The notes: generated from the sequence alone by a model not told the origin. DNA of 46,169 bases from Candidatus Aenigmatarchaeota archaeon (GCA_038999215.1 JAWABM010000003.1:1-46169); one strand, 5' to 3'. Positions 1 through 9,013 are shown, numbered from the stretch's first letter. Program-made: numbers and translations.

Positions 1-479
1 AGGCCCGCCTGTTGAGCGAGGCGCGCCGTGCTGGCGTGCCGACGCCCGCCATCCTCGAGGTCGACGAGAAGAACTTCAAAATCGTGATGTCATTCATTGA
101 CGGCGTGCGGCTGAAGGAGCTGATAAACGAAGGGTGCGATCTGAGGGAGATTGGCACTGAAGTTGGTAATGATATAGGAAAGCTCCATGCCGCCGGCATA
201 GTGCACGGCGACCTTACCACGAGCAACATGATACAGAAAGGCGCTGAGTTGTTCTTCATAGATTTCGGCCTCGGCTTCTTCTCGAACAGGCCTGAAGACC
301 AGGCTGTCGACTTGGCAGTCCTTCGCGAAGCGATAAGGTCGACGCATTTCAGGCATTCAAATGCGCTTTGGGGCTATATAGTCCAGGGTTACAAGGATGC
401 TTTCGGCGGCGCCGAAAAGGTTTTAAAGTCTTTGGACAATATAGAGAAGCGTGGCAGATATGTCAGAAGGGACGACTGA
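1..479 (+). CDS. bud32: KEOPS complex kinase Bud32 (5' partial)
   Basis: Kinase motifs IVHGDLTTSN and FIDFGLG, C-terminal RGRY tail; frame open to the window start. Confidence 0.93.
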   Translation, partial: ARLLSEARRAGVPTPAILEVDEKNFKIVMSFIDGVRLKELINEGCDLREIGTEVGNDIGKLHAAGIVHGDLTTSNMIQKGAELFFIDFGLGFFSNRPEDQAVDLAVLREAIRSTHFRHSNALWGYIVQGYKDAFGGAEKVLKSLDNIEKRGRYVRRDD

Positions 480-483
480 GGTC

Positions 484-756
484 ATGCAAAAGAACGAAAG
501 GAAATTCGTGAAGTGGCTGAAAGGCGATGACAGGGTGAGCCGCTGGGAAAACGTGAGCTATGCTATCATGTTCGCGGCTGCTGGCCTCATTTTCATCGGC
601 CTTCTTCTTGGGAGCTTCGTGAAATACGTCGTTTATGCGGGAGCTTTCGGCGCGTTCCTTCTGCTGGCCGGCATAGGGGTTTATATAGCTTCCCAATTAA
701 TTGAAAACAAGACTGGCTCGGTCTCGGCTGGACCAGATCATTCGGTGAAAGCTTAA
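484..756 (+). CDS. Small hypothetical membrane protein (2 TM)
   Basis: ATG 484 just after the bud32 stop; two hydrophobic segments; stop overlaps the rps15 ATG (TAATG). Confidence 0.7.
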   Translation: MQKNERKFVKWLKGDDRVSRWENVSYAIMFAAAGLIFIGLLLGSFVKYVVYAGAFGAFLLLAGIGVYIASQLIENKTGSVSAGPDHSVKA

Positions 757-1214
757 TGGCGCGAATATATGCTAGGAAGAGGGGCAAGGCATCCAGCAAG
801 AAGCCTCCTGTGCCTGCGCAATGGGTGACTTATTCTGGAGAGGAAGTCGAGCGGCTGATTGTGAAGCTCTACAAGGACGGCCTGCAGTCCGCGCAGGTGG
901 GCCTGATGCTCAGGGACCATTACGGCATCCCGTCTATAAAGGCCGTGACCGGGAAAACGGTCGGCGAGATTCTTGCCGAGAACGGCCTGGCTCCGAAGAT
1001 ACCGGAGGACCTCTTCAACCTGCTGAAAAGGGCCGTGCGCCTGCGCGCGCATTTGGAGAAGAACAAGAGGGACGCGCACTCCATACGCGGCCTGGAACTC
1101 ATGGAATCAAAGATACGCAGGCTGGTGAAGTACTATGCCAGGACAGGCAGGCTGCCCGAGGACTGGAGGTACGACGCCGAGAGGGCAAAGCTCATAGTGG
1201 AGAAGGGTGAATGA
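756..1214 (+). CDS. rps15: 30S ribosomal protein uS15
   Basis: [14 protein letters not shown]..., [24 protein letters not shown]. Confidence 0.98.
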   Translation: MARIYARKRGKASSKKPPVPAQWVTYSGEEVERLIVKLYKDGLQSAQVGLMLRDHYGIPSIKAVTGKTVGEILAENGLAPKIPEDLFNLLKRAVRLRAHLEKNKRDAHSIRGLELMESKIRRLVKYYARTGRLPEDWRYDAERAKLIVEKGE

Positions 1215-1762
1215 TAATGGCTAAGGTGAAGGCAAAGGAATGGTATCCGATTGTCGCCCCGAAGATGTTCGGCGGCAAAGTCATCGGGGAAACCTTCGTG
1301 CTCGACCCCGAGTCGGTCGCGAAGAGGACCGTCGAAGCGACTCTCTACGACCTTGGCGGCGATTCCTCGAGGTTCTATTTCAAGCTCTTTTTCAAGATCA
1401 CCGGAATAGCCGATGGCAAGGCCAGCACTGCCTTCGTCGGCCACGAATGCATGCGCGATTTCATCGCGAGGATAGTGCAGCCGAGAACGAACAGGATAGA
1501 CACCAATGACGTCTTCGATCTGAAGGACGCCAAGCTGAGGGTGAAGACGATAGCGATAACGAACAGGCTGGTGAAGGCAAGCATACCGACCGACATAAGG
1601 AAGAGGATATCCGAGCTGCTGAAGGAAAGGATGTCGGGGATGACGCTGGATGAGTTCGTCGGTCAGATGATAGAGGGCAAGCTGCAGGCCGAGGTGCGCG
1701 CGCAGCTCAACAAGATTTATCCTATCAGGGCATTCGAGCTGCATAAGACGCGCGTTTTATAG
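1211..1762 (+). CDS. rps3ae: 30S ribosomal protein eS1 (S3Ae)
   Basis: [31 protein letters not shown]. Confidence 0.96.
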   Translation: MIMAKVKAKEWYPIVAPKMFGGKVIGETFVLDPESVAKRTVEATLYDLGGDSSRFYFKLFFKITGIADGKASTAFVGHECMRDFIARIVQPRTNRIDTNDVFDLKDAKLRVKTIAITNRLVKASIPTDIRKRISELLKERMSGMTLDEFVGQMIEGKLQAEVRAQLNKIYPIRAFELHKTRVL

Positions 1763-1957
1763 TCACTCTAGGTGCGCTATTGCCACTGTTATCCAGAACA
1801 TCCCGCCCATGAGTATAAGGAAGAACGCCAGCGCGGTGCCTATCAGGTTGCTCGCCATGTTCGACCAGTTCGCTGCGGTAGCGCCCGCGAACATCGCGCC
1901 GAACAGTATGCACGCGCTTCCCAGTACCCAGAAGCCTATCGACCTTTCTCTGCTCAT
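1763..1957 (-). CDS. Small hypothetical membrane protein (64 aa, 2 TM)
   Basis: MSRERSIGFWVLG...; ATG ~25 nt downstream of the TATA-like box shared with SRP RNA. Confidence 0.6.
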   Translation of the reverse strand: MSRERSIGFWVLGSACILFGAMFAGATAANWSNMASNLIGTALAFFLILMGGMFWITVAIAHLE

Positions 1958-1981
1958 ACGGGAAAATATGAATCGCAAACC

Positions 1982-1989
1982 TTTTAAAA
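1982..1989. promoter_or_regulatory. TATA box for SRP RNA, probably bidirectional
   Basis: TTTTAAAA ~24 nt upstream of the SRP RNA 5' end and ~25 nt from the divergent ATG at 1957. Confidence 0.6.
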
Positions 1990-2012
1990 GGTTCGGAAAC
2001 GTAAGAATCATT

Positions 2013-2285
2013 GGCAGGAAGCTAGCTGGGGGGATAGCCCTACCCTGTGAGCGCAAACGGGCTTCATGGCGCGGCGAAGCTCAGGGCGGTGCGGATTGTC
2101 CGCAAGGTCCTGTCGGCCGACTGAGAAGCGCCGTCCTGCAGAGCAGTAATCGTAGTGAACCGGGTCAGGTCCGGAAGGAAGCAGCCCTAAGTTGCGGTGC
2201 CTGCGTTTGCGGGGTCGCGGCGCGGAGAAGGCTTTCAGGGTCAGCTTTGCGGGTTTTCTGCATCAACCGAAGCGCGCTTCCTGCC
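2013..2285 (+). ncRNA. ffs: Signal recognition particle (7S) RNA
   Basis: Helix-8 signature GGGUCAGGUCCGGAAGGAAGCAGCCC; terminal helix GGCAGGAAGC/GCUUCCUGCC. Confidence 0.95.
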
Positions 2286-2322
2286 GCTAACTTTATTTAG
2301 TAGGTTGCGGATATTGGTTTTT

Positions 2323-3099
2323 ATGCCGAAGAGAAAAAAATCCGATGATTTACAGATGGCTCTTGTGATAATTGTCGTTTTTCTGGCCGGCGTGCTCGTG
2401 GCCATGCAGTTCATCGAACCCAAGGAGATAATCAAGCAGCCTATAAATGTTGTCAGAAACCTGAATGCCCCGCAGGTTGGCGGAGGCACGCATGTGGAGA
2501 TGGTTGTTCCGGCCGTCGACAAGGACGGCAAAGGCGTCGCAACCACGCTGGTGGTCGACGCCCAGCCAGGCAGCGGAAAGATACTCACGAACATAGACAT
2601 ACTGCTTTTCTGGGTCGACACCCAGCAGTCCATACAGATCGCCCGCGATGTTGCCGAAAATGTCACCGGCATGGATGCGGGAAGTCTTGACATAACCTAT
2701 GCCATGGATGTGGACAATGTCACGCTCATAGGCGGGCCCTCGGCTGGCGCGGCCCTTACTTTGGCGACAATAGCCGCATTGAAGGGTCAAGCGCCCAACT
2801 CCGACGCGGCCATCACCGGCACCATAAACCCGGACGGCTCCATAGGCAGGGTCGGCTCAGTGCTCGAAAAGGCCGGCGCTGTCAAGAGGGCGGGCGTCAA
2901 GACCTTCCTGGTGCCAAAGGGCGAAAGCACTGAGAAGGTTGTCAGACCGCTGGAGAAGTGCGTCGAGGGCGTGGGCTTCACCTATTGCGAGACTGTGTTC
3001 AAGGAGGAGAAGGTGAACATAGGCGAGGCGCTTGGCATCGACGTAGTCGAGGTCTCCAGCATCGCCGAAGCTCTGCCCTATTTCTTCAGTCAGGCTTAA
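2323..3099 (+). CDS. Membrane-anchored Lon-like S16 serine protease (proteolytic domain only)
   Basis: N-terminal TM; GPSAG catalytic Ser, TGTINPDGSIGRVG, catalytic Lys in VLEKA; no AAA+ domain. Confidence 0.88.
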   Translation: MPKRKKSDDLQMALVIIVVFLAGVLVAMQFIEPKEIIKQPINVVRNLNAPQVGGGTHVEMVVPAVDKDGKGVATTLVVDAQPGSGKILTNIDILLFWVDTQQSIQIARDVAENVTGMDAGSLDITYAMDVDNVTLIGGPSAGAALTLATIAALKGQAPNSDAAITGTINPDGSIGRVGSVLEKAGAVKRAGVKTFLVPKGESTEKVVRPLEKCVEGVGFTYCETVFKEEKVNIGEALGIDVVEVSSIAEALPYFFSQA

Positions 3100-3124
3100 G
3101 AACTTTGATATTATATAGGTTATT

Positions 3125-3192
3125 GGCCCCGATGAGCACTGATAGGCGATTAGAGCTTCGGCTATGACCGCATAGAGGTGACGTGAGGGGCC
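3125..3192 (+). ncRNA. Box C/D guide sRNA (candidate)
   Basis: Terminal stem GGCCCC/GGGGCC; C box AUGAGCA, 12-nt guide, D' UAGA, GC-UUCG-GC stem, C' AUGACCG, 12-nt guide, D GUGA. Confidence 0.78.
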
Positions 3193-3251
3193 GCTATTGC
3201 TTGCGCTGGGCCGGTTGAAAACCTAAGAACAAAGCAAAAATCAAAGGCCCT

Positions 3252-3401
3252 TTACTTGGCCTTTCCCATTATCCTGCACACTTTGGTGCCGCAAGTCGGG
3301 CACTTGCCCTCCATCGCCTTCATCCCGTTCTTCCAGACAACTTCCTTGCTTTCCGCTATTTCGACCTGCTTCTTGCACTTCATACAGCGTCCTTCTGCCA
3401 T
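3252..3401 (-). CDS. Small zinc-ribbon protein, DUF5679-like (49 aa)
   Basis: MAEGRCMKCKKQVEI...KNGMKAMEGKCPTCGTKVCRIMGKAK; GGTGA RBS; below the ORF-track cutoff. Confidence 0.85.
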   Translation of the reverse strand: MAEGRCMKCKKQVEIAESKEVVWKNGMKAMEGKCPTCGTKVCRIMGKAK

Positions 3402-3461
3402 GGTATCACCTGCTCCCTATTTACTGTATATATTTAAAAACCTTCCATTCCTATAGGGATT

Positions 3462-4370
3462 ATGCTTACGGAAGCTCAGAAAAGGCAGCTACAGGAAGCC
3501 GATTACAGGCTTATTTGCGGAAACGGAGCTGTAAAACTCTGCCTTTGGTGCAAAAAGTCAATAAAAACAGGTGGAAAGGACTTCTGCTATAAGGAGAAGT
3601 GGTACGGCATCAAAAGCCACCGCTGCCTACAGATGACCCCTCTTATCACCGCCTGCAACCTCCGCTGCGAGTACTGCTGGCGCGACCATTCCTACTTCAG
3701 GCCCCAGCCCGAGGACTTTGCCAAGCCGAAGGAGCTTGTTGACGAGGCAATAGCGGCGCAGAAGGCGCTTCTGACAGGCCTTGGCGGCGTAGACCACTCG
3801 GCAAGGCACCTAAAGGAGGCGCAGGAACCGCTCAGCGCGGCAATAAGCCTGGACGGCGAGCCCACCCTGTATCCATACATAGTCGAGCTCGTCAGGGAGT
3901 TCCACTCACGCGGCATAAGGACCTTCCTTGTGACCAACGGCACCCGTCCGGAAGTGCTTGCCAAGATGGACCCCTTGCCTACGAACCTGTATCTTTCGCT
4001 CTCCTCGCCCACGAAGGAAATATTTGAGAAGCTCCAGCATCCGACGTCGCCCGAGCTCTGGGGCAACATCCAGGCAACGCTGCGGCTCTTCCCGAAGCTG
4101 AAGACCAATAGGGTCGTCCGCCTCACGCTGATCAAGGGCGTAAATATGGAGCCGTCGGCATACGCAGGCCATATCCTGGTCGCCCAGCCTGACTTCATCG
4201 AGGCCAAGGCTTACATGTTCATAGGCGGCTCGATCCGCAGGCTGAAGTTCGAGAACATGCCGTCGCTGGACGAGGTCCGCGCCTTCGCCAAGAAACTTGC
4301 AGAACTCACAGGATACAAGGTCGCGGACGAGCATGCTCCGAGCAGGGTCGTTCTGCTCAGTAAAAGGTAG
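3462..4370 (+). CDS. taw1: 4-demethylwyosine synthase TYW1 (radical SAM)
   Basis: AVKLCLWC, CYKEKWYGIKSHRCLQMTP, CxxxCxxC (CNLRCEYC), AISLDGEPTLY. Confidence 0.96.
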   Translation: MLTEAQKRQLQEADYRLICGNGAVKLCLWCKKSIKTGGKDFCYKEKWYGIKSHRCLQMTPLITACNLRCEYCWRDHSYFRPQPEDFAKPKELVDEAIAAQKALLTGLGGVDHSARHLKEAQEPLSAAISLDGEPTLYPYIVELVREFHSRGIRTFLVTNGTRPEVLAKMDPLPTNLYLSLSSPTKEIFEKLQHPTSPELWGNIQATLRLFPKLKTNRVVRLTLIKGVNMEPSAYAGHILVAQPDFIEAKAYMFIGGSIRRLKFENMPSLDEVRAFAKKLAELTGYKVADEHAPSRVVLLSKR

Positions 4371-4371
4371 A

Positions 4372-4476
4372 TGGTGGGCCCGTCGTGATTCGAACACGAG
4401 TCACCAGCACTTCGGTGCTTCATCAGCTTAGGAACATCCCCAAGCTGGCATTCTAGCCAAGCTAAACCACGGGCCC
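4372..4476 (-). tRNA. tRNA-Pro(GGG) with 28-nt intron at 37/38 (4410-4437), CCA encoded
   Basis: Acceptor GGGCCCG/CGGGCCC, anticodon stem CCAGC/GCUGG, loop UU-GGG-G|U, T-loop UUCGAAU, BHB at junctions. Confidence 0.93.
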
Positions 4477-4506
4477 TTCAGTAGAATAATGGGCAGAAGC
4501 TGGCAT

Positions 4507-4701
4507 TTATTTCTTGAATTTCACGACCTGCTTTGTCAGGTCGACCTGCGTCAGGAACGCTGCCCTGCAGCAGTAGCTCTTCACGCCGAGCTCGTCAAGG
4601 ACCTTCTTCGGCTCCTCGCCGCTTTCCACCCTACGCTTGTAGTTCTCCCAGAGCTGCGCTATCGGCCGTCCGCACGAGATGCAGCGTATCGGAATCATCA
4701 T
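4507..4701 (-). CDS. rpoN: RNA polymerase subunit N (Rpo10)
   Basis: MMIPIRCISCGRPI...YCCR; GAGGTGA RBS. Confidence 0.97.
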   Translation of the reverse strand: MMIPIRCISCGRPIAQLWENYKRRVESGEEPKKVLDELGVKSYCCRAAFLTQVDLTKQVVKFKK

Positions 4702-4706
4702 TTTTT

Positions 4707-5114
4707 TCACCTCTTGCTTCTCTGCTTGTGGCGCCGCGGCCCCGCCTTCGAGCGCGAAGGCTTGTGCGGCTCGTTCCTTCTTGGGTCGGCGACCAGCAGG
4801 GAGCGATCGTAATCTATGAAGGAAGCTTTGAGCTTCTTGTTGAACTCTAGCAGCGCGAGCGCGATGGCCTGCCTTATCGCGTCGGCCTGGCCCATTATTC
4901 CGCCGCCTGCGGCTGTTACATCGATGTCCACCTTGTTTGCCGTTTCGCCCGCAAGAATGATTGGTTCCATCACCCTAAGCCTCGCTATCTCAGGGGTCAG
5001 CGATTCCACCGGCCTCGAGTTTATTCTTATCTTCCCTGTGCCTGGCCTTGCGACCGCCCTTGCCACGGCCGACTTCCTTTTCCCAAGCGTGTTTGCTATC
5101 TTTTCCTTTGCCAT
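4707..5114 (-). CDS. rps9: 30S ribosomal protein uS9
   Basis: GKRKSAVARA, GGGIMGQADAIR, DRSLLVADPR; ATG 5114 overlaps the rpl13 stop. Confidence 0.97.
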   Translation of the reverse strand: MAKEKIANTLGKRKSAVARAVARPGTGKIRINSRPVESLTPEIARLRVMEPIILAGETANKVDIDVTAAGGGIMGQADAIRQAIALALLEFNKKLKASFIDYDRSLLVADPRRNEPHKPSRSKAGPRRHKQRSKR

Positions 5115-5524
5115 CAGGCCCTGCCCCCGAACTGTTTTGCCAAATCCTTGACAACTATGAACCTGCACCTCAAGTCCTCCGCGCTCTTGCCCATCTTCTG
5201 CACTTCCTTGAGCTCCTCCGGGCAGCCCACGTGGACGCGCAGGCGCGCGAACGCCTCCCTTCCCTTCTTGTTTTTCGGCAGCATGCCCCTCACGGCACGC
5301 CTGAATATCCCGTCGCTGCACTTGGGGTGGAACGGACCTTTGGTCGGCGTGCCCCTTTGTATCTTCGCCAAGTACCTTTCCTTGACCATGGTCGGCCTGC
5401 CGCTTATCACGGCCTTGTCAGCGTTCACGACGGTAATCTGCTCCCCGAGCAGCAGCTCCTTGGCTATCATTGATGCCAACCTTCCCATCACCGCGCCCTC
5501 TGCGTCTATTACCTTTGCCATCAT
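5114..5524 (-). CDS. rpl13: 50S ribosomal protein uL13
   Basis: VIDAEGAVMGRLAS, GPFHPK, RAVRGMLP. Confidence 0.97.
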   Translation of the reverse strand: MMAKVIDAEGAVMGRLASMIAKELLLGEQITVVNADKAVISGRPTMVKERYLAKIQRGTPTKGPFHPKCSDGIFRRAVRGMLPKNKKGREAFARLRVHVGCPEELKEVQKMGKSAEDLRCRFIVVKDLAKQFGGRA

Positions 5525-5529
5525 GACAC

Positions 5530-5895
5530 CTATTTGATTATCCTCACGCCTTTGCCGCTGCCGTGCTCCTTCAAGAACTCTGCAATGCTCATGGTCCTGC
5601 CTCCGGCCTTCGCTATCTTTCTTGCTGCTTCTGCGGAGCAGGAGAGCGACGCTATCTTGAAGGGCTTTGATATTTCCCCCGATGACAGCACCTTGCCGGG
5701 CACGAGGACTATCTCGCTTCCGTCAGCCTCCCTCTCTATCTTCGACAGGTTGACCGCCGGCCTCCTCCTTTCAGGCGTCTCCAGCAGGTCCGCAAGATTG
5801 AGCATGAAGCCGGACTTCTCCTTGCGCCCCCTGACCCGCAGGCCGGCTATCATTTCCTTGATTATCTCGTTTGACGGGCCTGTGGGCTTCGGCAT
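5530..5895 (-). CDS. rpl18e: 50S ribosomal protein eL18
   Basis: RRPAVNLSKIER, VPGKVLSSG, KIAKAGG. Confidence 0.96.
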   Translation of the reverse strand: MPKPTGPSNEIIKEMIAGLRVRGRKEKSGFMLNLADLLETPERRRPAVNLSKIEREADGSEIVLVPGKVLSSGEISKPFKIASLSCSAEAARKIAKAGGRTMSIAEFLKEHGSGKGVRIIK

Positions 5896-6105
5896 TCAGG
5901 GCACCTTCACCACGCCCAGCCTGGCTATGCCTGTGAGGTAGAGCGCCGTCATTATCAAAGAAAGGACTATAACGTATGTGCCGGTCCTGCGGTATTTCCT
6001 GCTGCTGTCCGTGTATAGCGCCACCCCCATCAACAGCCCTGCCAGCACCGGGTTAAGCACCGCAAAGACGTATGCGAGTATCTCCCACTTGTCCATTCCC
6101 ATCAC
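5896..6105 (-). CDS. Small hypothetical membrane protein (2 TM)
   Basis: Two hydrophobic helices; stop abuts the rpl18e ATG; exact start uncertain. Confidence 0.65.
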   Translation of the reverse strand: MMGMDKWEILAYVFAVLNPVLAGLLMGVALYTDSSRKYRRTGTYVIVLSLIMTALYLTGIARLGVVKVP

Positions 6106-6147
6106 TTTAGGATATGGGTGTTTGAACGTTTAAAAAGGTTTTGGTGA

Positions 6148-6390
6148 TTACTCCCATCTGCCGTCCTTGAATATGCTCGTGTTATCCTTGTTCAGCAAGC
6201 CTCTTTGCCTCAACCTTTTCAGGCTCTCCTGAATCTCCCTGCTGCCGTATTTCTGCGAGAGCCTGCTTATTTCTCCGTAGAAGTTGCCGTCCGGCCTAAT
6301 GTAGGCCTCTTCGACCTCGCGGTCTATCTCCTTTTCTTTCTCCGCCCTGTCCTTGTACTCCTGCGCATTGTCCTCAGGCAGCCTTGGCAT
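6148..6390 (-). CDS. Hypothetical protein (80 aa)
   Basis: MPRLPEDNAQEY...; charged and helical; the upstream part of the tracked ORF overlaps tRNA-Leu and is spurious. Confidence 0.6.
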   Translation of the reverse strand: MPRLPEDNAQEYKDRAEKEKEIDREVEEAYIRPDGNFYGEISRLSQKYGSREIQESLKRLRQRGLLNKDNTSIFKDGRWE

Positions 6391-6483
6391 ACGCAGAATA
6401 TCGGAAGAAAAGATTAAATAAGGCAGCGTTTTCTTGGTGTTCTTTCTTTTCTTAAAGGTTTTCCTTATTACAAGAAAAAAGTT

Positions 6484-6612
6484 TGGTGCGGGGGGAGTGA
6501 TTCGAACACTCGAACGCACTAAGCGACAGGATTTCCTTGCGCGGTCACGGCCGAAGCTCCCCACTTAAGCGCACTTAAGTCCTGCGGATTTTCCGGGCTT
6601 TCCTACCCCCGC
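6484..6612 (-). tRNA. tRNA-Leu(UAA) with 41-nt intron at 37/38 (6533-6573), CCA encoded
   Basis: GCGGGGG acceptor, CAGGA-CU-UAA-G|A-UCCUG, long variable arm, discriminator A73. Confidence 0.93.
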
Positions 6613-6650
6613 CTAGATAAGCATAAGCTTCAGAAATTTAAAAAAGCCCT

Positions 6651-7436
6651 TCAGAGCTTGTCCGCTTCCTTCACGAATTCCTTGAGCTTCTTCCTGAGCA
6701 CGTCCGCAGCGGCCATGACTATGTCCTCCGCCGACAGCCCTGAGATCGACTCCAGGCTGAACACGAACTTGTCAGGCTCTGCCTCCACTCTTAGGGCCCC
6801 TGCCGGCTGCGCAAGCTTCGCGCATTCCCCGCATAAGTCGCACGCGTCCGTTGCGCTGGCCTTGCCGTCCGATATAGACAGCGCCTTCTTCGGGCACGAC
6901 CTTACAACCTCCTCCGGGTTCGTGAGCTTGCCGTCCGCGGTTATTTTGGGATAGCCGTGGTACCACGCTCTGGCAGCGCTCCACTTCGCGTGATTCCTGC
7001 CGAAGCCCAGTATCGCCGTTGCCTCGAGTTTCAGCTTCTGCCCCTCGAAGAGCTCCACTATGGGCGTCTCCGGATAGAGCGGCGTAGCCACCTTCGGGTC
7101 AGCGGACTTTATGTCCTTCGCGTAGACCATTCCGGGCCCTTTCTTGTCGATGACCATGACTATCTGGCAGTTGGCGCACCCTTTGCCTTCGCATTTGCAG
7201 TCCGCCCTCAGGTTGAGTGCCTTCGGGTCGAACTTCAGCGGAAGCATGCCCAGCCTGTGCGCCAGGACCTCGTCGTAGAGCACGGAGTCGTTGCTGCTGA
7301 AATCCACGCTCTCTATCGCGAGCACCGGCACCTCGCCCATGGCTATCCTTCTGAGGCTGTTCGCGAACTGCAGGCTCGCGCCCTCGACCATTATTTTGAT
7401 TTCCTTGTCGGTTTTGGAAAGAACTTTTATCTTCAT
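6651..7436 (-). CDS. rpoD: RNA polymerase subunit D (Rpo3)
   Basis: FANSLRR, NDSVLYDEVLAHRLG, HAKW, Fe-S motif CP...CDLCGEC. Confidence 0.97.
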   Translation of the reverse strand: MKIKVLSKTDKEIKIMVEGASLQFANSLRRIAMGEVPVLAIESVDFSSNDSVLYDEVLAHRLGMLPLKFDPKALNLRADCKCEGKGCANCQIVMVIDKKGPGMVYAKDIKSADPKVATPLYPETPIVELFEGQKLKLEATAILGFGRNHAKWSAARAWYHGYPKITADGKLTNPEEVVRSCPKKALSISDGKASATDACDLCGECAKLAQPAGALRVEAEPDKFVFSLESISGLSAEDIVMAAADVLRKKLKEFVKEADKL

Positions 7437-7439
7437 CAC

Positions 7440-7838
7440 CTACACCCTCCTTCCCCTTCTCCCTCCCTTCTTCCTGCACGTGTCGTGCGGTATCGGCGTG
7501 ACGTCCTCTATCCTGCCTATCCTCATCCCGCCCCTCGCAAGGGCCCTTATCGCTGGCTGCGCCCCCGCGCCGGGGCTCCTCTTCTTTATTCCGCCCTGCG
7601 CCCTGACCTTTATGTGGACGCCTGTTATCCCCTTCATTATCGCTTCCGATGCCGCCTTGCTGGCCGCAAGCATCGCAGGATACGGGTTCCCGCCTTCCCT
7701 GTCCTTGTCAGTCATCATCCCGGCCGTGACCCTCGCTATGGTTTCCGCGCCTGTCAGGTCCGTGATGTGTATTATCGTGTTGTTTGAAGAGCTGAATATG
7801 TACGCCATCCCCCATCTTACCGCTTCTTTCGGCTTCAT
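7440..7838 (-). CDS. rps11: 30S ribosomal protein uS11
   Basis: [34 protein letters not shown]. Confidence 0.98.
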   Translation of the reverse strand: MKPKEAVRWGMAYIFSSSNNTIIHITDLTGAETIARVTAGMMTDKDREGGNPYPAMLAASKAASEAIMKGITGVHIKVRAQGGIKKRSPGAGAQPAIRALARGGMRIGRIEDVTPIPHDTCRKKGGRRGRRV

Positions 7839-8311
7839 TTCTTGACACCTATTTCGCTGCTCCCGTAGAACTTGACCTCCGGTTCATCTCCGACCGGGAC
7901 TATCATGCTCGGCCATCTTACCCTGCGGCCGCCTACGGCTATGTGGCCGTGCACTATGTACTGCCTTGCCTGCTTGATTGTTTTCGCAATCCCTTTCTTG
8001 AAGACTATTGTCTGCAGCCTCCTTTCGAAAAGGTTGTCAGTTGTCATGCCAAGCACGTCCTCTATTGTCGCGCCCTGTCCGACGAGCCCCATTTTCGCTA
8101 GGCTCTCGATGAGCTGCTTCTCCCCCTCCTTGTCCTTCAGCGCCTCGAGCTCTCTCGCCCTTCCTCTGAACCACCTTATTACGGCCTCGGCCCTCCATAT
8201 TTCCTTCTTCCTTCTCAGGCCGTATTTCGCTTTCACTTCCTTCTCAAGCCCTATCCTTTCGCTGTCCCAGGGCCTTCTCGGCGTCGAGTGCTTTGGTACT
8301 AGCCTTCTCAT
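7835..8311 (-). CDS. rps4: 30S ribosomal protein uS4
   Basis: [29 protein letters not shown]. Confidence 0.97.
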   Translation of the reverse strand: MRRLVPKHSTPRRPWDSERIGLEKEVKAKYGLRRKKEIWRAEAVIRWFRGRARELEALKDKEGEKQLIESLAKMGLVGQGATIEDVLGMTTDNLFERRLQTIVFKKGIAKTIKQARQYIVHGHIAVGGRRVRWPSMIVPVGDEPEVKFYGSSEIGVKK

Positions 8312-8317
8312 TCTTCA

Positions 8318-9013
8318 TCACTTCTTCTCTGCCGGCTTCTCTTCTTGCTTCTTTGCCGGTGCTGCTGGCGCCGCCTTTGCGGGAGCTGCTCCTTTCGCGG
8401 GCGCTGCCGGCGCGGCTGCCGCGGGCGCGGCTGCGCCTGGCTTAGGCGCTGCTCCTGGCAGAGCCTTCTTTACCACGCCCACCCTCGCTCCTGTCCTGAA
8501 GCTCGAGCGCGTTCTCTGTCCGCGTACAGGCAGCCCGAGCTCGTGCCTTATTCCCTTGTAGCACCTTATCCTCTTGAGGAAGTCTATGTCAAATTTCTTC
8601 CTCAGCGCCAGTTCGGAGCCTGAAAGATGCGAATTCTGGTTCGTCTCCGTGTCCGATTGCCTGTTTAGCATGAATGCCGGCAGTCCGTACGCCGCTGGGT
8701 CCTTCAGAACATTCTCCAGCTTCATCAGCTGCTCCTCTGTTAGCTTTCCCATTGTCGCGTCCGGGTCTATGCCTGCGGCCCTAGGTATCGCCAGCGAGAA
8801 AGGCTGGCCTATTCCCTTGACCTTAAGAAGCGCGATTCTGAGTTTTTTCGTTCCGTCAAGGTCCGTGCCTGCGAACCTGACTATCCCCTGAACATCTGCT
8901 GCTATCTTCTTCACGGGCGCCTTCCTTTCCTCCTTCTTTTCTTCTTTCTTCTCGTCCTTTGCCCGCTGTTTCTCTTCCTCTTTCTTCTCGTCCTTAACGT
9001 CTTTTCCCGACAT
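8318..9013 (-). CDS. rps13: 30S ribosomal protein uS13 with charged N- and Ala/Pro/Lys-rich C-terminal extensions
   Basis: IVRFAGTDLDG, YKGIRHELGLPVRGQRTR; AAGGTG RBS before ATG 9013. Confidence 0.97.
   Translation of the reverse strand: MSGKDVKDEKKEEEKQRAKDEKKEEKKEERKAPVKKIAADVQGIVRFAGTDLDGTKKLRIALLKVKGIGQPFSLAIPRAAGIDPDATMGKLTEEQLMKLENVLKDPAAYGLPAFMLNRQSDTETNQNSHLSGSELALRKKFDIDFLKRIRCYKGIRHELGLPVRGQRTRSSFRTGARVGVVKKALPGAAPKPGAAAPAAAAPAAPAKGAAPAKAAPAAPAKKQEEKPAEKK

Noticed and set aside
1809-2322. ORF 1809-2300 and the 5' extension of ORF 2197-3099
   Set aside because: They overlap SRP RNA; the protease starts at ATG 2323
3125-3192. Hammerhead ribozyme or fluoride riboswitch
   Set aside because: Lacks the CUGAnGA...GAAA core and the fluoride consensus; the symmetric K-turn/12-nt spacer layout fits a C/D sRNA
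6391-6564. N-terminal part of the tracked 138-aa ORF
   Set aside because: Overlaps tRNA-Leu and its T-rich terminator
8340-8460. GC-rich quasi-repeats
   Set aside because: They simply encode the Ala/Pro-rich uS13 tail; not a DNA repeat element
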